A stretch of 64,000 nt of DNA from an uncultured bacterium (GTDB lineage Bacteria > Actinomycetota > Coriobacteriia > Coriobacteriales > Coriobacteriaceae), in contig CAJMRI010000010.1 in the NCBI GenBank assembly GCA_905215905.1, positions 2,838 to 66,837 of the forward strand, given 5' to 3'. A program made the position numbers and the translations under genes. How positions within the stretch are numbered: position 1 is the first letter of the stretch; each line of letters starts with the position of its first letter. Of the stretch, positions 18,969-28,717 are shown in pieces. The notes beneath the pieces are model-generated. The model was not told the DNA's origin. It did not search any database and worked only from the letters and a program-made list of their open reading frames with translations.

Positions 18969-20252
18969 TTACGCGACCGGCTCGATCTTCTCGAGGCCGC
19001 CCATGTAGGGACGCAGAACCTCGGGGATCGTGATGGTGCCATCGGCGTTCTGGTAGTTCTCCAGAATAGCAGCCATGGTACGACCAGCCGGCAGGCCGGA
19101 ACCGTTAAGGGTGTGCAGGTAGCGCGAACCCTTGAAGTTCTCGGGGTCGCGATACTTGATGTTGGCACGACGGGCCTGGAAGTCACCGCAGTTGGAGCAG
19201 GAGCTGATCTCCTTGTAGGCGTTGTAGCTCGGCAGCCAAACCTCGATGTCGTAGGTCTGACGGGCAGAGAAGCCCAGATCGCCGGTGCACAGGCTAATCA
19301 CGCGATACGGCAGGCCCAGCTGCTGCAGCAGGTACTCGGCCTCGGCGGTCATGCTCTCGAGCTCCTCGTCGGACTCCTCCGGCTTAGCGAACTTAACCAT
19401 CTCGACCTTGTCGAACTCGTGCTGACGGATAATGCCGCGGGTGTCGCGACCGGCGGAACCGGCCTCCTCGCGGAAGCAGGGGGTGAAGGCAGTGTAGCGG
19501 CGCGGCAGGGTGTCGGCATCGAGGACCTCACCGGCATGCAGGTTAGTCAGTACGACCTCGGCGGTAGGAATCAGGAAGTTGTCGCCCGAGACGTGATAGG
19601 CGTCGTCCTCAAACTTGGGCAGCTGGCCCGTACCGAACATGGTCTGACGCTTGACGACGATGGGCGGCCACCACTCCTTGAAGCCACGGCTCGTGTGCGT
19701 GTCCAGGAAGAAGTTGATAAGGGCGCGCTCCAGGCGGGCACCGGCGCCACCGAGAACGGTGAAGCGGCTGCCGGAGAGCTTGTTGCCACGCTCGAAGTCG
19801 AGGATGTCCAGATCGGTGCCCAGATCCCAGTGCGGCTTAAAGTCAAAGTCGAACTCGCGCGGGGTGCCCCAGCGGCGACGCTCGATGTTCTCGTCCTCGT
19901 CCTTACCGTACGGGGTGGCCTCGCACGGAATGTTGGGCAGGTGAGACATGAAGTCGTACTGCTCCTGCTCAAGAGCGGTACGGCGCTCGGCCAGACCGTC
20001 GATCTTCTCGTTGACGGCGCGCACGGCCTCCTTGGCGGCCTCGGCCTCGTCCTTCTTGCCCTCCTTCATCAGGGCGCCGATCTTCTTGGACTCGGCATTA
20101 CGCGTGGCCTGGAGCTCCTCGACCTCGGTGATAACGGCACGACGCTCGTCGTCGAGCTCAAAGAACTTCTCGCGATCCCAAGACGTCTGGCGATTTGCCA
20201 TGGCGGTATCGATGGCATCGGGGTTCTCGCGAACAAACTTGATATCAAGCAT
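18969..20252 (-). CDS. serS: Serine--tRNA ligase
   Basis: [56 protein letters not shown]. Confidence 0.98.
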   Translation of the reverse strand: MLDIKFVRENPDAIDTAMANRQTSWDREKFFELDDERRAVITEVEELQATRNAESKKIGALMKEGKKDEAEAAKEAVRAVNEKIDGLAERRTALEQEQYDFMSHLPNIPCEATPYGKDEDENIERRRWGTPREFDFDFKPHWDLGTDLDILDFERGNKLSGSRFTVLGGAGARLERALINFFLDTHTSRGFKEWWPPIVVKRQTMFGTGQLPKFEDDAYHVSGDNFLIPTAEVVLTNLHAGEVLDADTLPRRYTAFTPCFREEAGSAGRDTRGIIRQHEFDKVEMVKFAKPEESDEELESMTAEAEYLLQQLGLPYRVISLCTGDLGFSARQTYDIEVWLPSYNAYKEISSCSNCGDFQARRANIKYRDPENFKGSRYLHTLNGSGLPAGRTMAAILENYQNADGTITIPEVLRPYMGGLEKIEPVA

Positions 20253-20363
20253 TAGATCCTCCGGCGATATACATTCCATTTAGGTTGCAGCCTTGTACAT
20301 GTATGGGCAAGTATATACTTATGAGCGTTTACGACCCAACTCAACTACGCAAGAAGGCACCCA

Positions 20364-20537
20364 ATGGACGCAGTTTTTTCCTTTTTGTTTGGCACCCGCA
20401 CCGGTTTTGCCATCCTTTTCGCCGGCGGTATCCTGCTATTTGCGATTCTTGCCTTTGTGATGGAGAAGCGCACCCATAAGATGTATGTCGACCGCGGCCC
20501 CAAGTCCGAGGACGAAGAAGACAGCTTCTGGGACTAA
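20364..20537 (+). CDS. Small membrane protein (57 aa), absent from the ORF track
   Basis: RBS AAGAAGG; MDAVFSFLFGTRTGFAILFAGGILLFAILAFVMEKRTHKMYVDRGPKSEDEEDSFWD: one TM helix plus charged tail. Confidence 0.8.
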   Translation: MDAVFSFLFGTRTGFAILFAGGILLFAILAFVMEKRTHKMYVDRGPKSEDEEDSFWD

Positions 20538-20548
20538 CCTGCCAAAAA

Positions 20549-20679
20549 GGACAGGTTTATTTTGGTCGGTTTTATCTGGGCAAACGCAAGCGCCTCGCAA
20601 CTGGAATTGAGCCAGTTGCGAGGCGCTTTTTGCTATAGAGATAAAACCGCAGGAAAAACCTGCCAAAATAAACCTGTCC
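20549..20679. repeat. Nested long inverted repeat (GGACAGG...CCTGTCC) between convergent genes
   Basis: Arms GGACAGGTTTATTTTGG/CCAAAATAAACCTGTCC, CGGTTTTATCT/AGATAAAACCG and a 17-bp perfect inner stem AAGCGCCTCGCAACTGG. Confidence 0.85.
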
Positions 20680-20693
20680 CTAAATGGAAGGTT

Positions 20694-21464
20694 TTACTGG
20701 AGGGTGGCGTCGATGGCCTTGACGAGGGCGCTGCGCATGCCGGCGTCCTCGAGCGCGATGACGCCCTTGATGGTAGCACCGCCGGGCGAGCACACGGCAT
20801 CCTTCATCGCTGCGGGATGCTGACCGGTTGCAAGCTGCAGCTTTGCCGTACCCAGTACCATCTGGCTCACAATGCGATAGGCATCGGCGCGCGGAATACC
20901 GTGTTTGACGGCCGCATCGCCCAGAGCCTCGATCGCCATGGCGACAAACGCCGGGGCGCAACCGCCCACGGTACCGCCTACAAACAGCAGACTCGAATCG
21001 AGCTCGACCACCGTGCCAAGCTTTCCGAGCAGACCGAGCACCGTGGCACGCTGCCCATCGCTAAGCGTGGAAGCCTTCTCGCAGGCGATAACGCCCTCGC
21101 CCACCGAAACCGGCGTGTTGGGCACCGTCGAGATATGAGCGACACCTGGCAGGACCTGTTCCCACTTGGCGCTATCCCAGGTCCAGGCGACCGAAAGGAT
21201 GACCTTGTCGGCTAGCGTATCCTTGAGTGAAGCGAAGACTTTCTCAATCATGTACGGCTTGACCGCCGCAACCACGATATCGGACGCGGCAACAACCTCC
21301 GCCGCATCATGGCAGGCAGCCATGCCCCGCGCCTCGCAACGCTCGACCAGAGCATCGTAACGGCCTGCGCAGGCGCACATGTCGCCCGCGGCCACGCCGG
21401 CGGCAATCCAGCCATCGGCCATAGCGCTCGCCATATTGCCAAAACCGACAAATCCGATCTTCAT
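20694..21464 (-). CDS. proC: Pyrroline-5-carboxylate reductase
   Basis: GFVGFGNM, AVKP, PNTP, GCAPAFV, KDAVCSPGGATIKG. Confidence 0.95.
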   Translation of the reverse strand: MKIGFVGFGNMASAMADGWIAAGVAAGDMCACAGRYDALVERCEARGMAACHDAAEVVAASDIVVAAVKPYMIEKVFASLKDTLADKVILSVAWTWDSAKWEQVLPGVAHISTVPNTPVSVGEGVIACEKASTLSDGQRATVLGLLGKLGTVVELDSSLLFVGGTVGGCAPAFVAMAIEALGDAAVKHGIPRADAYRIVSQMVLGTAKLQLATGQHPAAMKDAVCSPGGATIKGVIALEDAGMRSALVKAIDATLQ

Positions 21465-21537
21465 ATCACACAGTCCTCTCAGATGCGTTCCTCAAAACGA
21501 AAGCCATTGTCCCACGCTATTGTTTCGTATTGCCGAC

Positions 21538-22014
21538 CTACTTGTGATACGGCTCGCCACGGCTAATCTTGCAGGCGCGGTAGATCTGCTCCAGCAGCAC
21601 CACGCGCGCCAGGTTGTGCGGCAAGGTAATGCGCCCAAAGCTGAGCATCTCGTCGGCGCGGGCGCGCACGGCATCGCTCGCGCCGTCCGATCCTCCGATT
21701 ATAAAAGCGATGTCGCTGTTACCCCTCAGCATGAGGTCATCGAGACGGGTCGAGAGCTCCTCGCTCGAACGCTCTTTGCCCTCAATGGCCAGCAAGATCA
21801 CATGCGCTCGAGGCGGCAGGGCTGCAAGTATCGCCGCCCCCTCCTTGTCGCGCGCGGCATCCACACCGCCCGCCTTGGCCGGGTCGATATCGGCCACCTC
21901 GCGGATATCCACCTTGGCATAGGCACCCAAGCGCTTGGCGTACTCGGCGCAGGCATCCTTCCAAAAACGCTCTTTGAGCTTACCGACGCATACAACGGTG
22001 TACTTCACGCGCAC
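21538..22014 (-). CDS. rlmH: 23S rRNA pseudouridine-1915 N3-methyltransferase
   Basis: VCVGKLKE, FIIGGSDG, TLPHNLARVVLLEQIYRA..I..GEPYHK. Confidence 0.97.
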   Translation of the reverse strand: MRVKYTVVCVGKLKERFWKDACAEYAKRLGAYAKVDIREVADIDPAKAGGVDAARDKEGAAILAALPPRAHVILLAIEGKERSSEELSTRLDDLMLRGNSDIAFIIGGSDGASDAVRARADEMLSFGRITLPHNLARVVLLEQIYRACKISRGEPYHK

Positions 22015-22953
22015 CTACTCCTTCGACTCGTTCTGAACTTTGCCGGCGGTCAGCATCTGCTCGAACATCGAGGCAGACTGCGAGAAATCACTCGGTAGCA
22101 CGACCGTCGAGGTTTTGCCCGTGCGAGCGAACTCCGTCATCATCTCGGACCACTGCGTAAACATGAACAGCTGGTTGGCCTCATCGTTGCCGACGCCCGT
22201 CTCCTGGATAATCTCGAGCGAGTCTTTGATGCCCAGCGCGATGGCTTTGCGCTGGTTGGCGATGCCCTCGCCTGCCTTTTCCATGGCCTCGGCCTCGGCG
22301 GTCGCCTCGGTGACGCGCTTGATGCGGTCGGCCTCGGCGAGCTCCTGCGCCGCAGCGCGCTTGCGCTGGGCGGCATTGATGTCGTTCATGGAGTTCTCGA
22401 CCTCCGTCGGCAGCGCAATCTTGGTGATGAGCGTCGACACGAGGGTGAAGCCATAGGCGGCCATCTGCTCGGACACGGTGGCGTTGACGTCCTTGGCGAT
22501 GTCATCCTTTTTGGCAAAGACCTCATCGAGCGTGTAGACGGGGATGGAGGAGCGCAAGGCATCGGTGATGAAGTCACGCATTTGGTCGACGGGCTCCTGC
22601 AGCATGTAGTAGCTCTTGTAGATGCCCGAATCTGCCGGACCGGCGCCCATGTCATAGCTCACGTGGTACTGAGCAGAGACCTCAAGACCGATAGTCACGT
22701 TGTCTTGGGTCTTAACGTCGATGCCAAAACCGTTTTTCATGGTGCGCAGACTCACCGTGGCGGCTTTGCGGTCGATCACGGGCACCTTCATGTGGAAGCC
22801 CGCGTTGACGATGCGGTTGAACTTGCCCAGACGCTCGATGATCACAGCATGCTGCTGTTCAACGACATAGCAGGCGTTGGGAAGCAGCAGCAACAAGATG
22901 ATGATGGGAAACAGTAGGCTCGTAAGGGCGGCGATGATACCGGATAACAGCAT
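22015..22953 (-). CDS. SPFH/Band 7 domain membrane protein
   Basis: IIERLGKF, KTQDNV, SMNDINAAQR; N-terminal TM. Confidence 0.92.
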   Translation of the reverse strand: MLLSGIIAALTSLLFPIIILLLLLPNACYVVEQQHAVIIERLGKFNRIVNAGFHMKVPVIDRKAATVSLRTMKNGFGIDVKTQDNVTIGLEVSAQYHVSYDMGAGPADSGIYKSYYMLQEPVDQMRDFITDALRSSIPVYTLDEVFAKKDDIAKDVNATVSEQMAAYGFTLVSTLITKIALPTEVENSMNDINAAQRKRAAAQELAEADRIKRVTEATAEAEAMEKAGEGIANQRKAIALGIKDSLEIIQETGVGNDEANQLFMFTQWSEMMTEFARTGKTSTVVLPSDFSQSASMFEQMLTAGKVQNESKE

Positions 22954-23118
22954 GGTCTCTCCTCTGATAGGCGCACGTTGGCACTAGGATACCCGCACGA
23001 AGCAGCTGTGTGACACCAACAAGAGGACCCGTGGTCAAAAAAGGCCAAATATGAGTACTGTTACCAGTTTAGTAACAGCGTATTTGGGTCAAAATCGCCT
23101 CTTTGAACCCGAGGCCTA

Positions 23119-24624
23119 GGTAGCGCACAGAGATGTGGTGTAAGAGGCGGGGCATGCCCCGCCTCCGCCCTTTCTTGAAAGGGAGGGGACACCGCCTAGA
23201 ATTCGTCGTTGGAGTAATGAAGGTGACGAATGGAAGGAAAGGCGATGCCCCAAGAAGAGAGTGTACTGCGCCTCGGCCGCGACGAGGCCCTCGAGGCGGC
23301 GAGGCTTTGGCAGGAGTGCGGCGACGCGCGCGAGTTCGCGTGCAGGGTGCTGGGCAGCGTGATGAACGCGCTGATGGACTCCGAGGCCCAGCAGATGTGC
23401 GGCGCGAGCCGCAACGAGCGCAGCGGCGGCAGGGAGAACAGCCGCAACGGCTACCGCCCCAGGTCGCTCAAGACCGCCGTGGGCGACGTGGAGCTCGAGA
23501 TACCCAAGCTCAGGCACGGCACCTACTACCCCGAGGGCATGCTCGCGCGATGGTCGCGCGTCGACACCTCGGTGGCCGCCATCGTGCAGGAGATGTACGT
23601 ATGCGGCGTATCCACCCGCAAGGTCGAGCGCGTGGCGTCCAAGCTGGGCATATCCTCGCTGTCGAGCTCGGAGGTCTCGAGCCTCTGCTCCGACCTCGAC
23701 GCCGAGGTGGCGGAGTTCCGCCGCCGCGACCTGTCGGGCACGCCGTGCTGCTACCTGTGGCTCGACGCCACCTACATGAGCTGCAGGGTCGGCTCGTCGG
23801 TCGTCTCGCAGGGCGTCGTGACCGCGATCGGGCTGGGCGCCGACGGGCGCAAGCACTTCCTGGGCTGCGACGTGGTCGACACCGAGAGCGAGGACTCCTG
23901 GGCGGCATTCCTCGGCGGGCTGCGCGAGCGCGGGCTGGCCGGCGTTCGCCTCGTGGTCTCCGGCAGCCACGCCGGGCTCGTGGCCGCCGTCTCGCGCCTG
24001 TTCCAGGGCTGCGCCTGGCAGCGCTGCGTGACGCACCTGCAGCGCAACCTCCAGAGCGCCTGCTCGGGCAGGCCCGAGGACTCCAAGGCGGCCGTCAGGG
24101 ACCTCGTGCACGCCGCGGTCTACCAGGACGACCCCGACCTCGCGCGCTGCGTGTGGGCCGAGGCGGCGCCCTGGGTGGCGTCGGTGTCCGCCAGGGCCGG
24201 CGAGGTCTTCGAGCAGGCCGAGGACTCCGCGCTGGCGTTCACGGCCTTCCCCAGGGCGCACTGGGCCAAGCTCCGCACCAACAACGTCCAGGAGCGCGCC
24301 AACCGCGAGATCAAGCGCCGCTACAGGGTCGTGCAGTCCTTCCCCTCGAGGGAGTCGATGCTGCGCCTGACGCGCGCGAGCCTCATGGAGACCGAGGGAC
24401 AGTGGTCCCAGCAGCGCGTGTTCTCCGAGGCCTCGGCCGCCGAGGGCTTCGCCGAGCCCGCGGACAGGCCGGCCCCGACAGAGGGGAGGCGCCGCGCGCT
24501 CGGGCGGCGCGCCAGGGAGATAGTGGACGAGATAGTCGAGAGGCGCGGTCTCAAGAAGGAGTAACATCGGGACTTGCAGCGACGGACCTCAGGACGCTCT
24601 TACACCACGTCTGCGCGCGCCACC
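23119..24624 (+). mobile_element. IS256-family insertion sequence (1506 bp)
   Basis: 28-bp imperfect TIRs (GGTAGCGCACAGAGATGTGGTGTAAGAG, 23/28 match); 8-bp TSD GAGGCCTA at 23111-23118 and 24625-24632. Confidence 0.95.
23230..24564 (+). CDS. IS256-family (mutator-type) transposase, possibly inactive
   Basis: RNGYRPR, EMYVCGVSTRKV, WLDATY, WQRCVTHLQRN, RTNNVQERANREIKRR; the second catalytic position reads VVSGSH. Confidence 0.93.
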   Translation: MEGKAMPQEESVLRLGRDEALEAARLWQECGDAREFACRVLGSVMNALMDSEAQQMCGASRNERSGGRENSRNGYRPRSLKTAVGDVELEIPKLRHGTYYPEGMLARWSRVDTSVAAIVQEMYVCGVSTRKVERVASKLGISSLSSSEVSSLCSDLDAEVAEFRRRDLSGTPCCYLWLDATYMSCRVGSSVVSQGVVTAIGLGADGRKHFLGCDVVDTESEDSWAAFLGGLRERGLAGVRLVVSGSHAGLVAAVSRLFQGCAWQRCVTHLQRNLQSACSGRPEDSKAAVRDLVHAAVYQDDPDLARCVWAEAAPWVASVSARAGEVFEQAEDSALAFTAFPRAHWAKLRTNNVQERANREIKRRYRVVQSFPSRESMLRLTRASLMETEGQWSQQRVFSEASAAEGFAEPADRPAPTEGRRRALGRRAREIVDEIVERRGLKKE

Positions 24625-24816
24625 GAGGCCTATCGAAATTACTCCATTTTGTCTCAAGGTTGAGCCAAATTAGCGTACATCTGTTGCGTAAAATGAGCAA
24701 AAATGGCTTCGTGAAATGTCTCTATTTTCGTGCCAGTACTCATATTTGCCACTTTTTGACCACAGAGGCATCTACCGCGCGAAATCGATAGGTCAAATCT
24801 GCCAAAAACGGCCCGT

Positions 24817-25041
24817 AAAAAAGCTCCCATTGCTGGGAGCTCTTTCATTTAATGGTGCGGGCGAAAGGACGTCCGCGTATCCGCTTCGCGGATCCGCACC
24901 GGCTTCGGCCGCCTGCCGGCGGACTCGCCAGCTCGCTAAAAACGCTCCGCGTTTTCTTGACGCTCGCTCCTTCGCAGGTTCAAGTCCCTGCGATGGGCAC
25001 ATAACAAAAAAGCTCCCATTGCTGGGAGCTCTTTCATTTAA
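24817..25041 (-). repeat. tRNA-linked 189-bp module downstream of tRNA-Leu
   Basis: 24817-24870 duplicates 25006-25059; core homologous to the Arg and Ser modules; inverted T-arm AGGTTCAAGTCC at 24976-24987. Confidence 0.9.
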
Positions 25042-25128
25042 TGGTGCGGGCGAAAGGACTTGAACCTTCATGGGGTTGCCCCCATACGGACCTGAACCGT
25101 ACGCGTCTGCCAATTCCGCCACGCCCGC
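25042..25128 (-). tRNA. tRNA-Leu(CAG)
   Basis: GCGGGCGTGGCGGAATTGGCAGACGCG, TT-CAG-GT loop, variable arm, GGTTCAAGTCC, CCA. Confidence 0.97.
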
Positions 25129-25171
25129 GTGCAGGAATTAGAATAACGGAGCGCCATCGCGAACGCAAGAA

Positions 25172-26089
25172 CTATTTTTGAAAAAGTTTGCAGGCATTTT
25201 CCCAAGCGGCTTGCGCGATTGTTTCGGCGTCCTCACCAGTGCGATCGACACGGTCGTTAACCAGCGCGTTTGCCGTAATGGAGATCATTGCTGGCTCGCA
25301 TTCAAGACCGCGAATGGGCTCCGGCGCCATATACGGGCAATCCGTCTCGAACAAAATGCGGTCGAGCGGGGTCGCCGCAAATGCCTCGCGCACGTCGTCG
25401 TTGCGCTTAAAGGTGGCCGCACCACCATAGGCGATATAGCAGCCCAGCTCCACAAAGCGCTCCATCGTGGCGCGGTCCTCGCCAAAGCAGTGCAGCACGC
25501 AACCGGCCTGAGGCACACCCACCTCGCGCAGCACGTTGTACGCATCCATATGCGAGGTGCGCTCCCCATCCGAGTCCTCGTGCCGCAGGTGCAGCTCCAC
25601 CGGCACATTGCGGCGCACGGCAACTTCGAGCTGACGCGCCATGCAATCAATCTGCACACTGTGGGGCGCCGGCGCGATGTCGTCGTCGTAATCCATGTGG
25701 TAGTCCAGACCGATCTCGCCGATACCGGCGCACAAAGGGTCATCGAGCGCAGCAACAACCTGCGCGTGAATGTCATCGGTATAATCCGGCGCGCCATAGG
25801 GGTGAACGCCAGCGAGATACTTGATCTGCGGAATATCCCGCATCGGCAGAATTTCGCGCACGAGCCAGTCGCTATAGTCCGTCACGCTGCGCTTGTCGGC
25901 GATGGGGTCGAGCATCGTCACCAACAGGTCGACGCCCGCGGCTTTGGCGCGCACGAGCGTCTCGGGCACTTCTTTCCCCCAAAACGAAAGCAGATGCGCA
26001 TGCGTGTCAGCAAGCGGTGCCAAGGGCACGGGACAAGCAACCGTCTTCTTTTTCTTGGTAAACGTCACGCGTTCGGCATTAGGCATCAT
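25172..26089 (-). CDS. tatD: TatD family hydrolase
   Basis: DTHAH, GVHP, IGEIGLDY, LHCF, FETDCPYMAP. Confidence 0.93.
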   Translation of the reverse strand: MMPNAERVTFTKKKKTVACPVPLAPLADTHAHLLSFWGKEVPETLVRAKAAGVDLLVTMLDPIADKRSVTDYSDWLVREILPMRDIPQIKYLAGVHPYGAPDYTDDIHAQVVAALDDPLCAGIGEIGLDYHMDYDDDIAPAPHSVQIDCMARQLEVAVRRNVPVELHLRHEDSDGERTSHMDAYNVLREVGVPQAGCVLHCFGEDRATMERFVELGCYIAYGGAATFKRNDDVREAFAATPLDRILFETDCPYMAPEPIRGLECEPAMISITANALVNDRVDRTGEDAETIAQAAWENACKLFQK

Positions 26090-26939
26090 GGATGAGCTCC
26101 TGAGCCAGGCGGATAAAGTCGGCAACATCAAGCGTTTCTGCGCGCGTGGTGGGTGCGATACCGCAAGCCTCAAAGGCGGCGTCGAGCACGTCCTTGGCAA
26201 AGCCGTTGGCGCTCATGGAATTGCGGATGGTCTTGCGGCGCTGAGCAAATGCAGCATCAATCACGCGGGCCACAAACTCGCGATCGAGTCCTTCGGGCGC
26301 CACGCCGTCAACACGGTCGATACGCACGACGGCCGAGTCCACGTGCGGTGCCGGCATAAAGCAACGTGGCGGCACCTCAAAGCGACCCGTAACCTGCGCA
26401 TACAGGCCGAGCTTTGCCGTGTAGCCGCCATAGGTCTTGTTACCCGGCACCGCGGCAATGCGATCGGCAACCTCCTTTTGAACCATGACCACGGCACGCT
26501 TGAGCGCGGGCATCGTCTGGAAGAACTGCAGGATGATCGTCGCCGCCACGTTATAGGGCAGGTTCGCGACAAATACCGTCGGCTCACCGCCTGCAGCCTG
26601 CTCAATCTGCCCCGTCGTCACCTTGAGCGCGTCGCCCATGATAAAGCGGAAGTTGGCATAGTCGGCGGCATGGGCATCGAGCACCGGTTCGAGTTCGGGA
26701 TCGGCCTCGATCGACGTGACGCACGCCGCCTCCTGCAGCAGCGCGAGCGTGAGCGTACCAACGCCCGGGCCAACCTCGAGCACGCGCTCATCGCCCGTGA
26801 GCTCGGAAAGCTCGCAAATGCGCTCAATTACATGGTTGTCGATCAGGAAGTTCTGGCCCAGGCGATGCTTGGTCGCAAGGCCAAACTCCTCCAGCAGCTC
26901 CCTTGTTGCCGTGGGGTTTGCCAAAGGCAAAGTTGTCAT
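26079..26939 (-). CDS. rsmA: 16S rRNA m6,6A dimethyltransferase
   Basis: LGQNFL, LEVGPGVG, ANLPYN, MVQKEVA, P.PHVDS. Confidence 0.97.
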   Translation of the reverse strand: MTTLPLANPTATRELLEEFGLATKHRLGQNFLIDNHVIERICELSELTGDERVLEVGPGVGTLTLALLQEAACVTSIEADPELEPVLDAHAADYANFRFIMGDALKVTTGQIEQAAGGEPTVFVANLPYNVAATIILQFFQTMPALKRAVVMVQKEVADRIAAVPGNKTYGGYTAKLGLYAQVTGRFEVPPRCFMPAPHVDSAVVRIDRVDGVAPEGLDREFVARVIDAAFAQRRKTIRNSMSANGFAKDVLDAAFEACGIAPTTRAETLDVADFIRLAQELIHDA

Positions 26940-27046
26940 AGTTGCCTCCTTAGCATGATGGCGGCGTCTTGAAACAAAAGGGCATGGACCGTTGCGGCCA
27001 TGCCCTTACATCTAAACAGCAAATTGCCGATATGGCGCGCGGCGTC

Positions 27047-28648
27047 TTAGCCCAGACGCGGGAACAGCGGATCGCCCTTCTCGACGGGCTGACCACCAGC
27101 AAGCAGGCCCCAAGTGCAAATGCCCTTGAGGTCGTCGCTCGCGGCCTCGCCCTCACAGGACAGGCGGCGCAGAGCCTCGGCAGAAGTCTGGGGCATGAGC
27201 GGCATCAGCAGGTGGGCGGCGATGCGGATGGCCTCGAGCAGGTTGTAGATCACAAATGCCAGCTCGTCAGCCTTGGCCTCGTCCTTGGCAAGCGCCCAGG
27301 GCTCGGAGTCCTCGATGTAGTGGTTGGCGGCGTGGATGAGCTCCATGACCTCATCCTTGGCTCCGCCGTAATCGAGCACGTCCATCTTGGCCATGTAGCG
27401 GTCGACCAGGCCATCGGCAATCTTTGCCAGCGGGTTATCGAACGCGTCGGCAGACGCCGGTTTAGCCGGGGCGCAGCCGTCAAAGTACTTTGCGCTCATG
27501 TTGAGCGAGCGCGAAATGAGGTTGCCCCAGCTGTTGGCCAGATCGGCGTTGTAGACCTGCTCCATGCGATCGAAACTGATGGCGCCGTCGGTGCCGGGGA
27601 CCACGTCGGTCATAAAGTAATAGCGGTAGCCCTCGACGCCCAGCATGTCGATAACATCCTGCGGAGCGATGGCGTTGCCGCGGCTCTTGGACATCTTCTC
27701 GGCCTTGCCGGTCTCGGCATTGCGCACGGTCAGGAAGCCGTGGGCAAAGACGTGCTCGGGCAGGGCCTCGCCGATGGCCATGAGCATGGCGGGCCAAATG
27801 ACGCAGTGGAAGCGAATGATGTCCTTACCCACAATATGGAACTGCGCGGGCCAGCGATAGGCCAGCTCGGCACGGGCCTCGTCGGTGTCGACACCGTAGC
27901 CGACGGCAGTCATATAGTTGAGCAGCGCATCGAACCACACGTAGGTCACGTGACCCTCGTCAAACGGGACCTGAATGCCCCAGTCAAAGCTCGTACGGCT
28001 CACGGAAAGGTCGTTAAGGCCGCCCTCGACAAAGCTACGTACCTCGTTCATGCGGAACGCAGGCTCGACAAAGTCGGGGTGCTCGTCATAGAGCTTGAGA
28101 AGCTTGTCCTGGAAGGCGGAAAGCTTAAAGAAGTAGGACTCCTCCTGCACGCGCTCAAGCGGACGGTGGCAGTCGGGGCATAGATGCTGGCCGACGCTGC
28201 CGTACTCCTCGTCGCCCTTCTGGACCTGCGTATCGGTGAAGTAGGTCTCGTCAGGCACGCAATACCAACCGTCGTAGCTGCCCTTATACAGGTAACCGGA
28301 CTCCTTCATGCGCTCCCACAGATACTGCACGGCATGATGCTGGCGCGGCTCGGTGGTGCGGATGAAGTCGTCGTTGGAAATCTCGAGCTTGCTCCAAAGC
28401 TCCTTGAAGTGCGGGGCCTGGCTATCGGTCCACTCCTGCGGCGTCATGCCATGCTTGGCTGCGGCCTCGGCGACCTTCTCGCCGTGCTCGTCCATGCCGG
28501 TCAGGAACTTGACGTTATAGCCGGCGGAGCGGCGATAGCGAGCCTGAACGTCGGCGATGATGGTGGAATAAGCCGTGCCCAGGTGCGGATCGGCGTTGAC
28601 GTAGTAGATGGGCGTCGTGATAAAGAACGAAGGCTTGCTTTGATCCAT
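27047..28648 (-). CDS. metG: Methionine--tRNA ligase
   Basis: ITTPIYYVN..HLG, YVWFDAL, GKDI..FH, KMSKS. Confidence 0.98.
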   Translation of the reverse strand: MDQSKPSFFITTPIYYVNADPHLGTAYSTIIADVQARYRRSAGYNVKFLTGMDEHGEKVAEAAAKHGMTPQEWTDSQAPHFKELWSKLEISNDDFIRTTEPRQHHAVQYLWERMKESGYLYKGSYDGWYCVPDETYFTDTQVQKGDEEYGSVGQHLCPDCHRPLERVQEESYFFKLSAFQDKLLKLYDEHPDFVEPAFRMNEVRSFVEGGLNDLSVSRTSFDWGIQVPFDEGHVTYVWFDALLNYMTAVGYGVDTDEARAELAYRWPAQFHIVGKDIIRFHCVIWPAMLMAIGEALPEHVFAHGFLTVRNAETGKAEKMSKSRGNAIAPQDVIDMLGVEGYRYYFMTDVVPGTDGAISFDRMEQVYNADLANSWGNLISRSLNMSAKYFDGCAPAKPASADAFDNPLAKIADGLVDRYMAKMDVLDYGGAKDEVMELIHAANHYIEDSEPWALAKDEAKADELAFVIYNLLEAIRIAAHLLMPLMPQTSAEALRRLSCEGEAASDDLKGICTWGLLAGGQPVEKGDPLFPRLG

Positions 28649-28717
28649 GGGGTTTGTCCTCCAGAAAAACGTTGCATACAGGGGATGATTCTAGCGCAAG
28701 GGCTGGATATCCTCCAT

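Noticed and set aside
14601..24870. Additional tRNA genes or prophage att sites at the duplicated tRNA 3' ends (14601, 17578, 24853)
   Set aside because: Only about 18-20 nt of tRNA is present, the enclosed DNA is ~130 bp, and no integrase or phage genes are in the window.
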